64,000 bases of DNA from a virus (IMGVR_UViG_3300036845_000456:1-64000), one strand, 5' to 3'. Counted from the stretch's first letter, positions 37,847-48,706 are shown. Program-made: numbers and translations. The notes: generated by a model from the sequence alone, not told the origin.

Positions 37847-38440
37847 ATGCTTTTGCTTTATTGCAACATAGCGAATGCGGCGATCGTCGCCATCCACGAC
37901 GATGCGCAAGCCCCCGTTCCGATGTCGGCCTACGGCGCCGCAGGCACCATCCGCATTGTTCCTTGGGCCGGGTTACGCGGCGATTTGCAAAAGTTAGGAA
38001 CGCCGCCGCCTGTTTCCAGTGATCCAACCGCGCAAATACCCGACACGCGCCCTTATGCGCAGCCGACCGAAACGCCGGCCATCCTGAAAGCCTATGCGGC
38101 GCAAGTCCGTTATAATTTGTCCGTGCAAGGCGTTTCGTTCACGCCGTCGGGCGGCGGCCAAATTACGGTCAATAGCGACCGAGAGAGTCAATCGTTGCTC
38201 AACAATCTGGCCTCACACGCGGCCACCCTGGCGCCCACCGCTTCGGTGGATTTCACACAAAACAACATGGCCTACACCATCACGGCGCAAGACGCGATCA
38301 ACATGTTCAACGCGGTCATGGCGCAAGTGCAGACCGTGCGCAACATCGAGGCCACCTGCATTGCGGATCAGAATGCGACGACGCCGAGCATGCGCGTGTA
38401 TGCCGACATCGACAACGCCTTCGCTGGCGCAAAGCGATAA
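37847..38440 (+). CDS. Tail fibre assembly-like protein (DUF4376-like)
   Basis: LKAYAAQVRY...G......DRESQSL motif, following the fibre gene. Confidence 0.6.
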   Translation: MLLLYCNIANAAIVAIHDDAQAPVPMSAYGAAGTIRIVPWAGLRGDLQKLGTPPPVSSDPTAQIPDTRPYAQPTETPAILKAYAAQVRYNLSVQGVSFTPSGGGQITVNSDRESQSLLNNLASHAATLAPTASVDFTQNNMAYTITAQDAINMFNAVMAQVQTVRNIEATCIADQNATTPSMRVYADIDNAFAGAKR

Positions 38441-38452
38441 TGAGAGGCCGCC

Positions 38453-38836
38453 ATGGCCGGTCCGACCTATTACGAAGCCACCGTCAACATCGCGATGAAC
38501 GAGGACTGGGTGGTCCCGTTCGTCTACGGCACGTTTGCGCCGGACGGCATAACCGTGGTGCCGTTTGATCTGACGGGCAGCACATTGAAGATGGAAATTC
38601 GGGTGCAGGAAGCCGACAACGAAGCAATCGTCTCGGTGAACTCGCCCGACAACGGCATCGAATTCTACAACAACGATCCGACGACCGGCGAATTCTTCAT
38701 CGCCATCACGCGCGACAAGCTCTGGCGCCTCTACCCGGGCAATTTCTTTATCGATTGCGTGCGCTTGACGCCGAGCGGCTATCAGGAACGGCTCTGGGAA
38801 GGCACGGCGACTGTGGTGCAGGGGACGACACGATGA
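38453..38836 (+). CDS. Hypothetical baseplate/fibre adaptor
   Basis: [14 protein letters not shown]...V.QGTTR pattern. Confidence 0.55.
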   Translation: MAGPTYYEATVNIAMNEDWVVPFVYGTFAPDGITVVPFDLTGSTLKMEIRVQEADNEAIVSVNSPDNGIEFYNNDPTTGEFFIAITRDKLWRLYPGNFFIDCVRLTPSGYQERLWEGTATVVQGTTR

Positions 38837-40167
38837 CCGAACGATTTGGCCTCGGCAGTTCCGCAGCCTCGCGCATCAGCCTGTCGGCCAACGTGCAGCC
38901 GTTCCCGGGTGGGCCGAGCTTGATCGTGCCGCCGATCGGACCGCCGGGAAACACCGGGCCGGTTGGCCCTCCCGGCCCTCCTGGCGGTCCTGGCCCACAA
39001 GGCCCGCAAGGCGCCATTGGTCCTGTCGGCAGCATCGGGCCACAGGGTCCGGTCGGTCCGCAAGGTCCCGGCGGCTCGCTTGGCTACGGCGGCACATCAA
39101 CAACATCGCTGACGATCGCGACCGGGCCGCAGACGCTGACGACAACCACCAATCTCGCGTATCTGCCGGGGATGCGCGTTCGCATTGTCAGCAACGGCAC
39201 GCCGACAGCGTGGATGGAGGGCCAGTGCACGAGCTACAGCCCGAGCGGGACGGCGTTAGCGTTCAATTGCGACTTGACCAGTGGCAGTGGCGCCTATGCG
39301 GACTGGAATGTCGGACTCGGCGGGCAGCAAGGTCAAGTTGGCCCTACGGGGGCACAAGGCGCGCAGGGGCCATCGGGCGATATTCACGCGCCTCTAGGCG
39401 GGCGCCTGATGTTTGTCAGCGGGACGCAGTTGAGCTATTTGCCGTTCAATGGCGATTGCATCAAAATCAACGGGATAATCTATCAAATTCCGACGACCGG
39501 CATCGTCGGACTAAGCAACACGAATTGCATCATCGATGGCGCCCCCGGTAAGAATCTGACTGCCGCCCTCAACTATTACGTCTATGTGTTCAATAACAAT
39601 GGAACGTTGACGGCGGATTTCAGCACGACCGGCTACATCATTAGCCAAAACGCAGGCAACGTCGGCGTGGCGATCAAGAATGGTGATAATACCCGTAGTT
39701 TGATTGGGCTGATCTATGCTGCCACTGGCGGTGTCTTCTATGACAGTTCTCAGTATCGCTACGTGCGAAGCTGGTTCAATCGACGGCGCATCCATGTTGC
39801 TAGTGGTGCAGGGAACTGGGGTCCAGCCGGGTCTACAAATTGGGCGCAGACTGGGCAAGCGGTATGGGTTGTCATGTTTCCAGAAGACGTTTTGAATCTG
39901 ACCTATGGCAATATAATTTACACGAACAATCCTCTGTCAACCGTATTACTCGCGCTTGGCATCGACACACAGGGAATGTTTGGATTCGGCAACACGTATG
40001 CAGGCGTGACTTGCGAGGAAGCAGGTAGTTACTATTCAGCAACTTGTTCTTTGTCCGTATCTGGTCTTAGTGCTGGGGTGCATGGGATAATCGGTTATTA
40101 TCAAGTAACAAGCGCCGGTGCTTCGGCGGCCGGTTCACAGAATAGCATCACAGGGACGCTGACCTGA
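38833..40167 (+). CDS. Collagen-containing tail fibre, paralogous to the 2.3-7.0 kb fibre cluster
   Basis: Gly-X-Y run; WMEG module; IKING.IYQIP and [12 protein letters not shown] shared with 5715-7037. Confidence 0.75.
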   Translation: MTERFGLGSSAASRISLSANVQPFPGGPSLIVPPIGPPGNTGPVGPPGPPGGPGPQGPQGAIGPVGSIGPQGPVGPQGPGGSLGYGGTSTTSLTIATGPQTLTTTTNLAYLPGMRVRIVSNGTPTAWMEGQCTSYSPSGTALAFNCDLTSGSGAYADWNVGLGGQQGQVGPTGAQGAQGPSGDIHAPLGGRLMFVSGTQLSYLPFNGDCIKINGIIYQIPTTGIVGLSNTNCIIDGAPGKNLTAALNYYVYVFNNNGTLTADFSTTGYIISQNAGNVGVAIKNGDNTRSLIGLIYAATGGVFYDSSQYRYVRSWFNRRRIHVASGAGNWGPAGSTNWAQTGQAVWVVMFPEDVLNLTYGNIIYTNNPLSTVLLALGIDTQGMFGFGNTYAGVTCEEAGSYYSATCSLSVSGLSAGVHGIIGYYQVTSAGASAAGSQNSITGTLT

Positions 40168-40535
40168 TGTTTGATCTCGAACCAGAGTACGTCGAGGGCC
40201 TGAACATCATCGCGTGGTGGCACGGCGTGACCGTGGGCGACGTCATCCTACGCATCGCCACGCATCAGCCGCGCGGCATGCGCCCCGAGCTAATCGAGAA
40301 GGCGAAAGGCCATCCCGTGTTGGCCGAGCTTGGCGTTGAGCGGCATATTCAGAAATGTCAGCAAGAGCCGGTCGATCTCAGCATCGCGATCCGCTGGTTC
40401 GTGCACGATTTCTTCGTCAAGAAAACATGGCTGCGCGAGAAGCACGCACAGCAGGGTGCTTATAACCGCGCCGCTCGCCATGCCGCCGCGCCGCCGAAGA
40501 TGCACGTCGTGCGGCGGCCGGCCATCATGCGATGA
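40167..40535 (+). CDS. Ribbon-helix-helix-like protein
   Basis: LEPEY..GL..IA and LSIAIRWFV resemble the alphaproteobacterial RHH pattern LE..FW.AL..IA / NLSSAIR.FV. Confidence 0.45.
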   Translation: MFDLEPEYVEGLNIIAWWHGVTVGDVILRIATHQPRGMRPELIEKAKGHPVLAELGVERHIQKCQQEPVDLSIAIRWFVHDFFVKKTWLREKHAQQGAYNRAARHAAAPPKMHVVRRPAIMR

Positions 40536-40553
40536 ACGCGATGGAATGCGGCG

Positions 40554-40778
40554 ATGAATATCGTGACGTTGATCGCCGTTCAGTTGATCACGCTCACCGG
40601 GCCGGACGGTCAGGTGATCGAGCTTAATCCGCTGACCGTGTCCACCGTTCGCACCGTGCGCGGAAGCGACCACTTCGTTACAGGAACGCACTGCATTATA
40701 TTCACGACGGACGGCAAGAACGTCAACGTCAATGAGACGTGCCAAAAGGTTCACGAACTGTTGGAGCAGGCAAAATGA
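40554..40778 (+). CDS. Hypothetical protein
   Basis: 74 aa ORF coupled to the lysin gene. Confidence 0.55.
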   Translation: MNIVTLIAVQLITLTGPDGQVIELNPLTVSTVRTVRGSDHFVTGTHCIIFTTDGKNVNVNETCQKVHELLEQAK

Positions 40779-42061
40779 CCAGGATCGTCGTATCAAGCGG
40801 CCATGGCACAAAAATCCGGGGCGCCGCAGGTTCCCCTCGGCCGCCGCAACATGATGAAGTCGATCAAGCAATCAAAATGATGAACGCCGTTGCGGCTAAG
40901 CTGAAGGCCGCAGGTGTCGAAGTCGTCACCTATACCGACACGGTATCAACAAGTCAGAGCGAAAATCTGGATCGTATTGTTGATTTCCACAATGCGCAGA
41001 CCCGCGATTTGGATGTGTCGATCCATCTTAACGCCTTCGATCATTCTGCCCATGGTGTAGAAGTTCTCTACGTGACCCAGTCGAGCCTTGCGTCGAAAGT
41101 TTCGGCCGCAATTGCTGAAGCTGGCGGCTTCACAAATCGAGGCGCCAAGAAACGAACCGATCTCGCATTCCTGAATGGCACGGAGGAACCGGCGATCCTG
41201 CTTGAGTGCTGGTTCTGCGACCATACTGGCGATTGCCAATCGGCCGATGCCAAGCACGACGCCATTGCGGAGGCCATCGCCGAAAGCATGAGCGGCTATG
41301 ACGTGCCAGACGAAGAACAGCCGTCCGAGCCGCCAACAGATTTGCCGCCGCAACCGCTGCCCGAACCGCCGACGGAAGCGAACCGCGTTGACATCGTCGG
41401 CTGGACTGAGGGCGACGTCGCGGTGGTGATCAACGGCACGCTGATCAACGGCAACGCGCGCTGTCGCAACATCGTCCGCATCCGCGCCACGATGACCGGC
41501 GACGTTGTTGTCAGTCTCAACGGCGAGGAATTCCACAACAAGCCGCCAGCGCCGGGTGAACCGGACGGGCCGACCGAGCCCGAGCCCGGCGAGGGCATTC
41601 CCGAGAATCAGAAGAACATCACCGCGACGGTTTTCGGTGGCGAGGCGGACAACGAATACTCGGCCTATGGGCCCTACGATTCTCAGGGGCGCGGGCCGTA
41701 TCTCAACGACACTGATCTTTATGTCAGCTTGCCGGTCAACGTGACCGACGCGGCCATGCGTGAGCGCGGCGTGCGCGTGTTCAGTGCCGACAATGAATTG
41801 AGCGCAGTCGGGCCGATCATGGACAAGGGACCGTGGGTGGTGAATGACGACGACTATGTGTTTGGTGATCAACGACCGATTGCCGAGACTTGCTATAAGA
41901 ACAAACAGCCGTTGCCATCAGGGAGCGGGAACAACGCAGGCAAGGTGCCCACGAATGACGCCGGCATCGATCTGTCGCCCGCCATGGCCGACATGCTCAA
42001 CATCGAGGGCAAGGGCAAGGTGTCGTGGATGTTCGTCAGTGAGGACGAAGACGTCGCATGA
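40775..42061 (+). CDS. Endolysin: N-acetylmuramoyl-L-alanine amidase (Amidase_3) plus C-terminal RlpA/DPBB-like domain
   Basis: SSGHG, DE, SIHLNA, PAILLE zinc-amidase motifs; DKGPW...GIDLSPA at the C-terminus. Confidence 0.85.
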   Translation: MTRIVVSSGHGTKIRGAAGSPRPPQHDEVDQAIKMMNAVAAKLKAAGVEVVTYTDTVSTSQSENLDRIVDFHNAQTRDLDVSIHLNAFDHSAHGVEVLYVTQSSLASKVSAAIAEAGGFTNRGAKKRTDLAFLNGTEEPAILLECWFCDHTGDCQSADAKHDAIAEAIAESMSGYDVPDEEQPSEPPTDLPPQPLPEPPTEANRVDIVGWTEGDVAVVINGTLINGNARCRNIVRIRATMTGDVVVSLNGEEFHNKPPAPGEPDGPTEPEPGEGIPENQKNITATVFGGEADNEYSAYGPYDSQGRGPYLNDTDLYVSLPVNVTDAAMRERGVRVFSADNELSAVGPIMDKGPWVVNDDDYVFGDQRPIAETCYKNKQPLPSGSGNNAGKVPTNDAGIDLSPAMADMLNIEGKGKVSWMFVSEDEDVA

Positions 42062-42239
42062 CCCGCGTCGGCAAGAAAGTCGCGGTCAGTGTCGTGTTCG
42101 ACATCGTCAAGATCGAAGTAATCTGCGGCGATGACTATGAGGCGCAAGTTCTCTACGACGATATCTGCGACAGAATGAAAGCCGGCGAAGGCATCACACT
42201 GGCGCTATCACAGAATAGGAGCGTTTCGGAGGGCAAACC

Positions 42240-42461
42240 ATGAGTATCGCTGGAATTCTGATCGGTGTTCTCAACTGCGTGCTGGTCGCGGCCATCTTGG
42301 TGTTGGTCGGTGCAATCGTCGTGTGGGTGGCATCGTTGTTTCAGTGGCCGATCCCCTGGAACATTCAGCGCATCTATTTGCTGATCGTGTTGCTGGTGTT
42401 CATTATCTGCGTGATCTCGTTACTCGTGGGGGCACCTATGGTGCATATCTTTCACTACTAG
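42240..42461 (+). CDS. Putative holin (two transmembrane helices)
   Basis: Almost entirely hydrophobic 73 aa protein close downstream of the endolysin; RBS ggaggg. Confidence 0.5.
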   Translation: MSIAGILIGVLNCVLVAAILVLVGAIVVWVASLFQWPIPWNIQRIYLLIVLLVFIICVISLLVGAPMVHIFHY

Positions 42462-42551
42462 CGATCAGCCTGATTTCTATCCCGACTTGCCGCTACCGGC
42501 CGACGTGCCGCCGATCTGCACGCACTGCTAACCCGTTTCCTCCCGGACTTG

Positions 42552-42589
42552 CCCTGCCCTGGCCGCACCGCTGGGGTGGGGTTTTTTTT
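42552..42589 (+). terminator. Probable intrinsic terminator ending the late operon
   Basis: GC-rich imperfect stem followed by a T8 run. Confidence 0.55.
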
Positions 42590-42849
42590 GATCAAACGGG
42601 CGGTTTGTTTTTCAGACGCTCGCGGAATTCTGCGTCCGTCTCTCGCCGATAGCCGTCTGGAATCGGTGTCGAGAATAACAATACCGGCGGCGGCGCCTCG
42701 CCGGGCTGCAACTTGATCAGCCGGCGAATTTCCATGGGCTCAGCCATCCAATCAAAAATATCGCGTGGCATTGTCTTGTTCCTTTCGTATGCTCTGCACT
42801 GAGGCACAGCGGGTTCTGACGCCCTTGTGTCTCCGGTTGTTCGGAAACT

Positions 42850-42895
42850 AAAAAAGGCCGCTCGATGGATCAAACCATCAGCGGCCTATTTTTTT
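42850..42895. terminator. Bidirectional intrinsic terminator
   Basis: A-run, ggccgct.gatgg/ccatc.agcggcc stem, T-run. Confidence 0.75.
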
Positions 42896-43124
42896 ACTTG
42901 AGCGGGCGCAGTGCAGCGGCGTCTTCCAATGTGATTTTCTTCCGCACCATCGTGCGCAACAGCAGCGCCACGAGTTTCGGCACGGCATGGCCGCCGCTGG
43001 CGTAGTAGCGCACGGTGCGCGGATCGATCCCGAGAAAGTGCCCGCACCCGACTTGGCTCAAGCCAAGTTTATCAAGTGCGAGATTGAATTCATCGGGGGA
43101 CATGGGCAGCAGTTCGTTAGGCAT
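42894..43124 (-). CDS. Small HTH DNA-binding protein
   Basis: EFNLALDKLGLSQ...FLGIDPRTVRYY..G...VPK.VALLL; RBS gaaagga. Confidence 0.7.
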   Translation of the reverse strand: MPNELLPMSPDEFNLALDKLGLSQVGCGHFLGIDPRTVRYYASGGHAVPKLVALLLRTMVRKKITLEDAAALRPLK

Positions 43125-43240
43125 GGTGAAGTCCTTTCGTTTATAAGTCGGCTTGGCGATACGTGAGACGCCGCTGTTTCTTCGGGTCAGCGCGTTCTGA
43201 TCGCCACGGCCCCGGGCGCTCCAACGTCCGGGGCCACTCG

Positions 43241-43459
43241 CTATCGGAACCCTTCGATGAATGCCGCGACGCCGTTGCGGTCGCCATTGGCGGCGTACAT
43301 GACGCCGATCATTGCCAGTTCCGGCCGACATGGCGGAAGCCCTGGATAATTTTGGTTCATGTCAGAGATCATCGAGGCGACTGCATTGACGAGATCGCCG
43401 CGCTGCAAATATTCGCGGGCCCTGGCCTTACACCATTCCAACCGTTCGGCCTCTGTCAT
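43241..43459 (-). CDS. Hypothetical protein
   Basis: RBS gaaagg; LEWCKARAREYL..GD...AVASM.SD. Confidence 0.6.
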   Translation of the reverse strand: MTEAERLEWCKARAREYLQRGDLVNAVASMISDMNQNYPGLPPCRPELAMIGVMYAANGDRNGVAAFIEGFR

Positions 43460-43638
43460 GACAGGTGCCTTTCGTCTTCGCCGACGACAATCCGATGCGT
43501 CGCTTCATCGATGGTGACCGCAAGCTCAACCAGAGCTTCCACGATCAGCCGCGCCTCGAACGCGACTCGCCCCGACGTCGCCGTCTCGATCAGGGCCAGC
43601 CGGGCTTCGTGCCTTTCTTCCTTGGTTCGCATGGGGGT

Positions 43639-44046
43639 TCATCTCCGGTTGTTGGGGTGGGCTCGCAGCCACGTGCCGAGCTTGCCGCAAAACTGCTCGT
43701 CTGGGTGGCCGTCGCAGAACGCCTCGATCGAAGCCTCGATGTCCGCTTGCTGGGCCGCCTCCTGCCGCGAGGGAGGCCGTGGGCTGCGTGGCGGCGGCGG
43801 GGCTTGTGAGAGTGGCGGCGGGTCGGGCAACGCCTCTGTGCGCCGCTGCGGCGGCGCGGTATAGACTTCCGGCCCCGGACCGGGCGGGAGGAAGGCCACA
43901 GGAGGCCGTACAGGCACGGGCACGGGTGGCCAATAGGGTGACGACCGGCAACCCCACGGATCGCACAGGAGGACGCCAGCGCCCGGCGCCGGGCCTGCCG
44001 AGAGGGCGCCGAGCACGATGCCGGCAATGAGGGGGGCGAGGTTCAT
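43639..44046 (-). CDS. Secreted proline-rich hypothetical protein
   Basis: Signal-like N-terminus, Pro-rich linker, paired Cys. Confidence 0.5.
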   Translation of the reverse strand: MNLAPLIAGIVLGALSAGPAPGAGVLLCDPWGCRSSPYWPPVPVPVRPPVAFLPPGPGPEVYTAPPQRRTEALPDPPPLSQAPPPPRSPRPPSRQEAAQQADIEASIEAFCDGHPDEQFCGKLGTWLRAHPNNRR

Positions 44047-44270
44047 GGCACCGTCTCCCCGGGGGCAAAGGCGATGCTGAGCAGGCGCACGCCGTTACCG
44101 TTGCCGTCGTCGGTGTAGACCGTCATTTCCCGGCGCTGCGTGTGCGGGTCGATCTCGACCACGACGCGGGCGCGGATGTCGGCTTCCATGAGGGTCAGGT
44201 AGCGGTCGATCAGGACGTCGCGGTTGATCATGATCTCGTAGCGTCCAAGATTGGTAGGCTCGGTGCTCAT
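44043..44270 (-). CDS. Hypothetical protein
   Basis: ATGA-coupled; RBS gaaagga. Confidence 0.55.
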   Translation of the reverse strand: MSTEPTNLGRYEIMINRDVLIDRYLTLMEADIRARVVVEIDPHTQRREMTVYTDDGNGNGVRLLSIAFAPGETVP

Positions 44271-44683
44271 GTTGTTTCCTTTCGTTTGACTCGATGTCTC
44301 CAGTGATGCGTTGACCAGCCCGCGCGCGCAGCGGAGTAGCCCATGGCTTCAGCGCAATCGCCGTTGCAGAAGAACTCGTCCACGTAGGACTCGCCGTCCC
44401 AAGTCGTGTAGCTGTAGACGGTGCGGCGTCCACTTACGTGCCGCGTCCAGCGATTGTCGTAGATGTCTTCGGACGCGCGCTCGTGTTCCTCCTTCTCATA
44501 GTGGTACTTGACCGAGACGATTTGCTGATTGGTGCGCTTCTGTAGGTCCTCGCGCGTCACAAGTTCAGCGTCGAAGTCGAAGCGTCCCCTACCCATTGGG
44601 TGCTCAACGTAGTGCTGCGTTGTGTGCTTGCGGATCGGCTTGCCGCACATCCGGCAATATGGCTGAGTGTTTGATTTGAACAT
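44267..44683 (-). CDS. Zn-binding hypothetical protein
   Basis: CRMCGK and FC...CA motifs. Confidence 0.6.
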   Translation of the reverse strand: MFKSNTQPYCRMCGKPIRKHTTQHYVEHPMGRGRFDFDAELVTREDLQKRTNQQIVSVKYHYEKEEHERASEDIYDNRWTRHVSGRRTVYSYTTWDGESYVDEFFCNGDCAEAMGYSAARAGWSTHHWRHRVKRKETT

Positions 44684-44685
44684 CG

Positions 44686-44928
44686 TCAGTGCGTCTCCGC
44701 TTTGAGAGCCTTGCGGCCGTGGTCGGTGATGGTCACCCACAGGATCGGCCATCCGTAGGGAGGCCGGATGCGACGTTCATGGGGATGGATCAGGCCGCGC
44801 TCGATCAGGCAAAAGAGCGTGGCCGGCTTGACGTCGTGGCGGGTGACCAAGTTGAACTCGGTCGCCCCGGTCGGGCAGCCGTTGAGAATGTTGAGCACGA
44901 TGTGCTCAGACTCTGTCAGGGTTTTCAT
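44686..44928 (-). CDS. Small winged-helix-like hypothetical protein
   Basis: L...GL.......V.ITDHGRKAL ending. Confidence 0.5.
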   Translation of the reverse strand: MKTLTESEHIVLNILNGCPTGATEFNLVTRHDVKPATLFCLIERGLIHPHERRIRPPYGWPILWVTITDHGRKALKAETH

Positions 44929-44935
44929 TTGATGA

Positions 44936-45304
44936 TCATCCCTGACACGTCGTGTACGGCAGGAATGCCCAACCCGTACCGATCGGCGATTGCACAAACC
45001 CCCAGTTGCCTGAGACGTCGAGCAACGCGAGCGCTGTACCGGGCGGCAGCGCGCCGACGATCGGACCATTGGGAACGACGCGCAGATTCAGCCACACCCA
45101 CGGCGGCCCGATGACGATGCATACGGGCGGCGGGGGAGGCGGTGGCGCGACGATGACCGGCGGTGGTGCCACGACTACAGGCGGCGGCGTTACGACGATC
45201 GGTGGTGGCGTCACCACAAAGGGCGGCGGTTGAATGACCACTTGCGCGGTGGTCGCGCCCGTCAACGCCAGCAGCGCGGCGAGCGCAGTCAGAGTGCGTT
45301 TCAT
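44936..45304 (-). CDS. Secreted SH3b-domain protein with (V/I)V(T/A)PPP repeats
   Basis: Signal peptide MKRTLTALAALL; LNLR..PNG..VG.L..GT...NW..V...GW SH3b pattern; RBS ggagga. Confidence 0.7.
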   Translation of the reverse strand: MKRTLTALAALLALTGATTAQVVIQPPPFVVTPPPIVVTPPPVVVAPPPVIVAPPPPPPPVCIVIGPPWVWLNLRVVPNGPIVGALPPGTALALLDVSGNWGFVQSPIGTGWAFLPYTTCQG

Positions 45305-45750
45305 TTGATATGTTCCTCCGGGTTCGCCCGGCGCTCCAACGCCGGGGATGCAGCAGCGCATCATGGGGCCCCGCTCCAAATGGGGCCCGGTGCTACGCTC
45401 ACCATCTTTTTTTGAATGAAGATTTACGCTTGATCGCTCGCGTGTTGCAGAGTCGAATTCCGGTTTTCCTATCGAGAAAATAGACGCGGACTTTCCCGGG
45501 TTGGAACTTTTCCACATGAAATTGGAAACGAGTTGCTGCTTTGGTCATTGCTTGCTCCTGGGTTTTAGCTGTTCGAGCCGGGCGAATAGTCTCTGAATGC
45601 ATTCGACAGCGGCTCGCTCGCCCTTGAGGCCGAATTGCTTGAGCACGCGCCGGAAGTCATAGGCCGGCGCGTGGTGCTGCCCGCACACCGCGCAGAGATT
45701 GACGCGGAAGTGGCGCCTGCGGGGCGCGGGCAGCGCGATCGGTTCGAAGG

Positions 45751-46326
45751 TCATCGCAACCGGTCGCCGCGCGGTGCACTGGTGGTGCCAAGCACGTTGC
45801 CGCGCGCGTCGTAGTCCTTGGTGGTGTTGCCGGTTGTTGTTGACGTGCCACGGCTGTTGCCACGGGCGTCATAGAACCGGTTCGAGCCGTCGCCTTGCGG
45901 CACGACCGTGCCGATGCTGCGGCCGTCCGGCGCGTAGACCCGGCTTTGCTCGGCCGCCCCCGCGTTCGTGACTATGGCCAGCAAGAGCAATCCCGCCAGC
46001 ATGACTCCGACCAACGATAGCCAGAACCACATCGCGGTTCTGCTCATGGGCTCGATGTAGGCAGGCTCCATGCTGACCGGTCGCGGCTTGACGATCTCGC
46101 CGGTTGACCAATCGACGGCCTTCCAATTCACGCCACGTTGCGGCTGCGGCTGCCACTGACGATCGGGATTGGTCCCGAGCAACAGCAGCAACAACCACGC
46201 CAACAGCGGCGAGATCAGGACAGCTAGGACGAACCAACCGAAACCGGAGCGTTGATAGTGACGTGTGGCCGCAATGCTGACGGCGATTGCGAACACGATC
46301 CAGATGATGAAGCAGACGAATGACAT
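45751..46326 (-). CDS. Membrane protein with YDARGN repeats
   Basis: Three hydrophobic segments (RSGFGWF...SPL); RBS gaagga. Confidence 0.6.
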   Translation of the reverse strand: MSFVCFIIWIVFAIAVSIAATRHYQRSGFGWFVLAVLISPLLAWLLLLLLGTNPDRQWQPQPQRGVNWKAVDWSTGEIVKPRPVSMEPAYIEPMSRTAMWFWLSLVGVMLAGLLLLAIVTNAGAAEQSRVYAPDGRSIGTVVPQGDGSNRFYDARGNSRGTSTTTGNTTKDYDARGNVLGTTSAPRGDRLR

Positions 46327-46734
46327 TGTCGTTTTCCTTCGGGGTTTGATTGACCGGCGACTCCAATCGCCGGGATGCGAGCGCATCATGGAGTCCGTCG
46401 CACACGGACTCGGTGCTGCACTTTTAGGTTTGTCTGATTTAGCCGAACAACTGCCCGATGAAGGTGATCAAATCCACAATCGAGAGCAGGGTGGCCCACT
46501 TGAACGGGCCTTTGATCCGCTTCGGATCGGCGCGGTAGTCCTCGCTGAGTTGTTGTAGTGGCGACTTACGCTTTTCCATGTTCAGGTTCCTTCGCGGTTT
46601 GAGCCCACGTCTTCGGCAGAAAGCCTTCCTTGCACAGCCAGCTATCGAGCGCGCCGAATAGCTCGGCCATCTCGACGGCCATGTCGGTGCAATCGTCGTC
46701 CGCGTCATAGGCGGCGTTGATCTCTCCGATTAGC

Positions 46735-47274
46735 TCACGCAATCGGGTTAGTGTTGCTTCCGGGTCCATGTTCGACTCCTTCGGGTGGATTGGGATAGAG
46801 CGGTCCGTCGCTCTCGTAGATGTAGCGGCGTTCACCGGTAGCCTGAAAGTGTTGCTCATTCTTCGCCAAGCGAGCCGCACGCGTGTCGCTGCGATCGGCA
46901 ATGTAGGCGTCGATCTTAGCAACGACGCGCTTCAGTTCCTCGTGGGCGTGGTTCGAGCCCGTAAGGATGTCGCGCGCCAACTGGGCAAGCACAGATGCGT
47001 ACTTGTGTTCAGTCCAATGCTTGCGATTCTTTGCAGTGCGCTCGCAGATGCTTTCGTACACTTCCTGCTCGCTGGGATAGTTGAGCCGCGCGGCCTTGTG
47101 CTTTGCCTCATTGATGTTTTTGGCAAAGCCAAGCCGCTCGTTGTAGTACACGCTATCGATGCGCCAGCCGGTGTTGCCGTTGCGGTCGATCATCGCTACG
47201 GCCATGCCGTTCTGGCGAACGCCGTAACGGGCATTGATGCCGACACCATCGATGTGGTGAAGTGTGATGCTCAT
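46735..47274 (-). CDS. Hypothetical protein
   Basis: RBS ggaggg, downstream of a CTCCAA-loop hairpin. Confidence 0.6.
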   Translation of the reverse strand: MSITLHHIDGVGINARYGVRQNGMAVAMIDRNGNTGWRIDSVYYNERLGFAKNINEAKHKAARLNYPSEQEVYESICERTAKNRKHWTEHKYASVLAQLARDILTGSNHAHEELKRVVAKIDAYIADRSDTRAARLAKNEQHFQATGERRYIYESDGPLYPNPPEGVEHGPGSNTNPIA

Positions 47275-47324
47275 TCAGAAACCCTCCGGTTTGAACCGCA
47301 CTCCAATGCGGCGCTCCTGTTTGT

Positions 47325-47807
47325 TCAAAGCGGCCGTTGTTTGAGGCCGGGCGCCTTGAAGTTGTGATCATAGTTCACGTCACGGCTGTCGAAGCCGAGC
47401 GGGAAACGCCATGTCGGATCGCGATAGCCCCACAGATGAAACTTGTTGGACGTATCGACCTTGCGGCTTTCCGCCGGGTATAGTTCGACGGCTTCGCACT
47501 CGGCGCCGAGCAATTGGTTCTTGATCTCTTGCAAGTGCCGCCAGTCGCGAATGATCGCACCGTCGCGGCGGCGGATGTTCAGATGCAGCAAGCCCGCATT
47601 GTCATGATGGCGCACTTGCACCTGATAGAGATCATTGAGCCAATATTCGCAGCCCGCCTCGTATTCATCGAGCCGAGCCTTCGCTTCCGTTTCGCTCACG
47701 TTCCATAGCTTGGCGGCATAGGCCAGACTTTCGCCCGGCTCGATGCTCGGCCGCGACGCTGGTCTGAGCGGAGTCCAGTGTCGCGGCTTTTTGCTTCCGT
47801 TGGACAT
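47325..47807 (-). CDS. Conserved-looking phage hypothetical protein
   Basis: HLNIRRRD...DWRHLQEIKN.L.G.E.EAVELYPAESR.VD..N.FHLW. Confidence 0.7.
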   Translation of the reverse strand: MSNGSKKPRHWTPLRPASRPSIEPGESLAYAAKLWNVSETEAKARLDEYEAGCEYWLNDLYQVQVRHHDNAGLLHLNIRRRDGAIIRDWRHLQEIKNQLLGAECEAVELYPAESRKVDTSNKFHLWGYRDPTWRFPLGFDSRDVNYDHNFKAPGLKQRPL

Positions 47808-47809
47808 GT

Positions 47810-48706
47810 CTAAGACATGAACCTGGAGACATCAGCCAAGATTTCCTCGGCTGACTTCTGCACGACGGCGCGAACGTCATCGTTGTTGCGGAGAACCGGC
47901 GCTTCCTCCGCGCAAAGTTCGTGCTTGATCCGCTCGGTGATCGCGGTCAGCGCCGGATCATCTTGCAGATTGAAGGCTGGCAACAAGTCGGCAAGCTCGC
48001 GTACGTTGGCGACCAGCGAGTCGGTGAAGAACTTGCGGCCTTCGCCTTCGCCGTTGGTCTTGTACTCGCCGAGCTTCTTGGCCATGTGCCCGACCACCTT
48101 GGTGATCTGGTCAACGGTGTCGCGCGTCGAGCGAACCTCCGCTTGCTCGGACGCCGCCGTGATCTCGGCGCGGATGTCGGCAACCGTGTCGGCATCCAGC
48201 ACGTCGGACCGGAAGTCGTCCGCCTCGGGCAGCGGCATGAAGGTCAAGTCGAGCTTGAACTTCGTGCGGATTTCATCGGCGCTCGGGTAGTCTTCGGCCT
48301 TCCACAAGCCGTTGAGTCTCTGCTTGGCTTCCTCCACGAATATCGGATAGTCGCGGCAGAAGTCGTCGGCAGCCGTATGAAAGTCCCGTTTGATCTCGCG
48401 GAACTGGCCGGTGAACTTCGCGTACAGCACATTCGGCAGAATGCGCGGGCCTTCATCGGCCCACGGCTTGGTCATGCGATAGTGCAAGTCGCGCGCCCGG
48501 CTGACCAACTCGGTCAGGCGCTTCAGCCGCTCGGCGTTGAGCAGCAACTTGTTGTAACGCCCGGCGTCGGCGCTCGCATTGTGCGCCTGATTGACTTCGT
48601 CGGTCACCTTCTTATCGAGGCGACGCGCCGTCCACATCGAGATGTTGACGGCGACAAGCACCGCCTTCCGCGACAGCGGCGAGGCGATTTTGGTGTTGGC
48701 TAACAT
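47810..48706 (-). CDS. Helical partner protein of the AAA/VWA module (DUF3150-like)
   Basis: W.ARRLDK, T.PW...G.RILP, DYP..DEIR.KF, LPAFNL..DP.L. Confidence 0.6.
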   Translation of the reverse strand: MLANTKIASPLSRKAVLVAVNISMWTARRLDKKVTDEVNQAHNASADAGRYNKLLLNAERLKRLTELVSRARDLHYRMTKPWADEGPRILPNVLYAKFTGQFREIKRDFHTAADDFCRDYPIFVEEAKQRLNGLWKAEDYPSADEIRTKFKLDLTFMPLPEADDFRSDVLDADTVADIRAEITAASEQAEVRSTRDTVDQITKVVGHMAKKLGEYKTNGEGEGRKFFTDSLVANVRELADLLPAFNLQDDPALTAITERIKHELCAEEAPVLRNNDDVRAVVQKSAEEILADVSRFMS

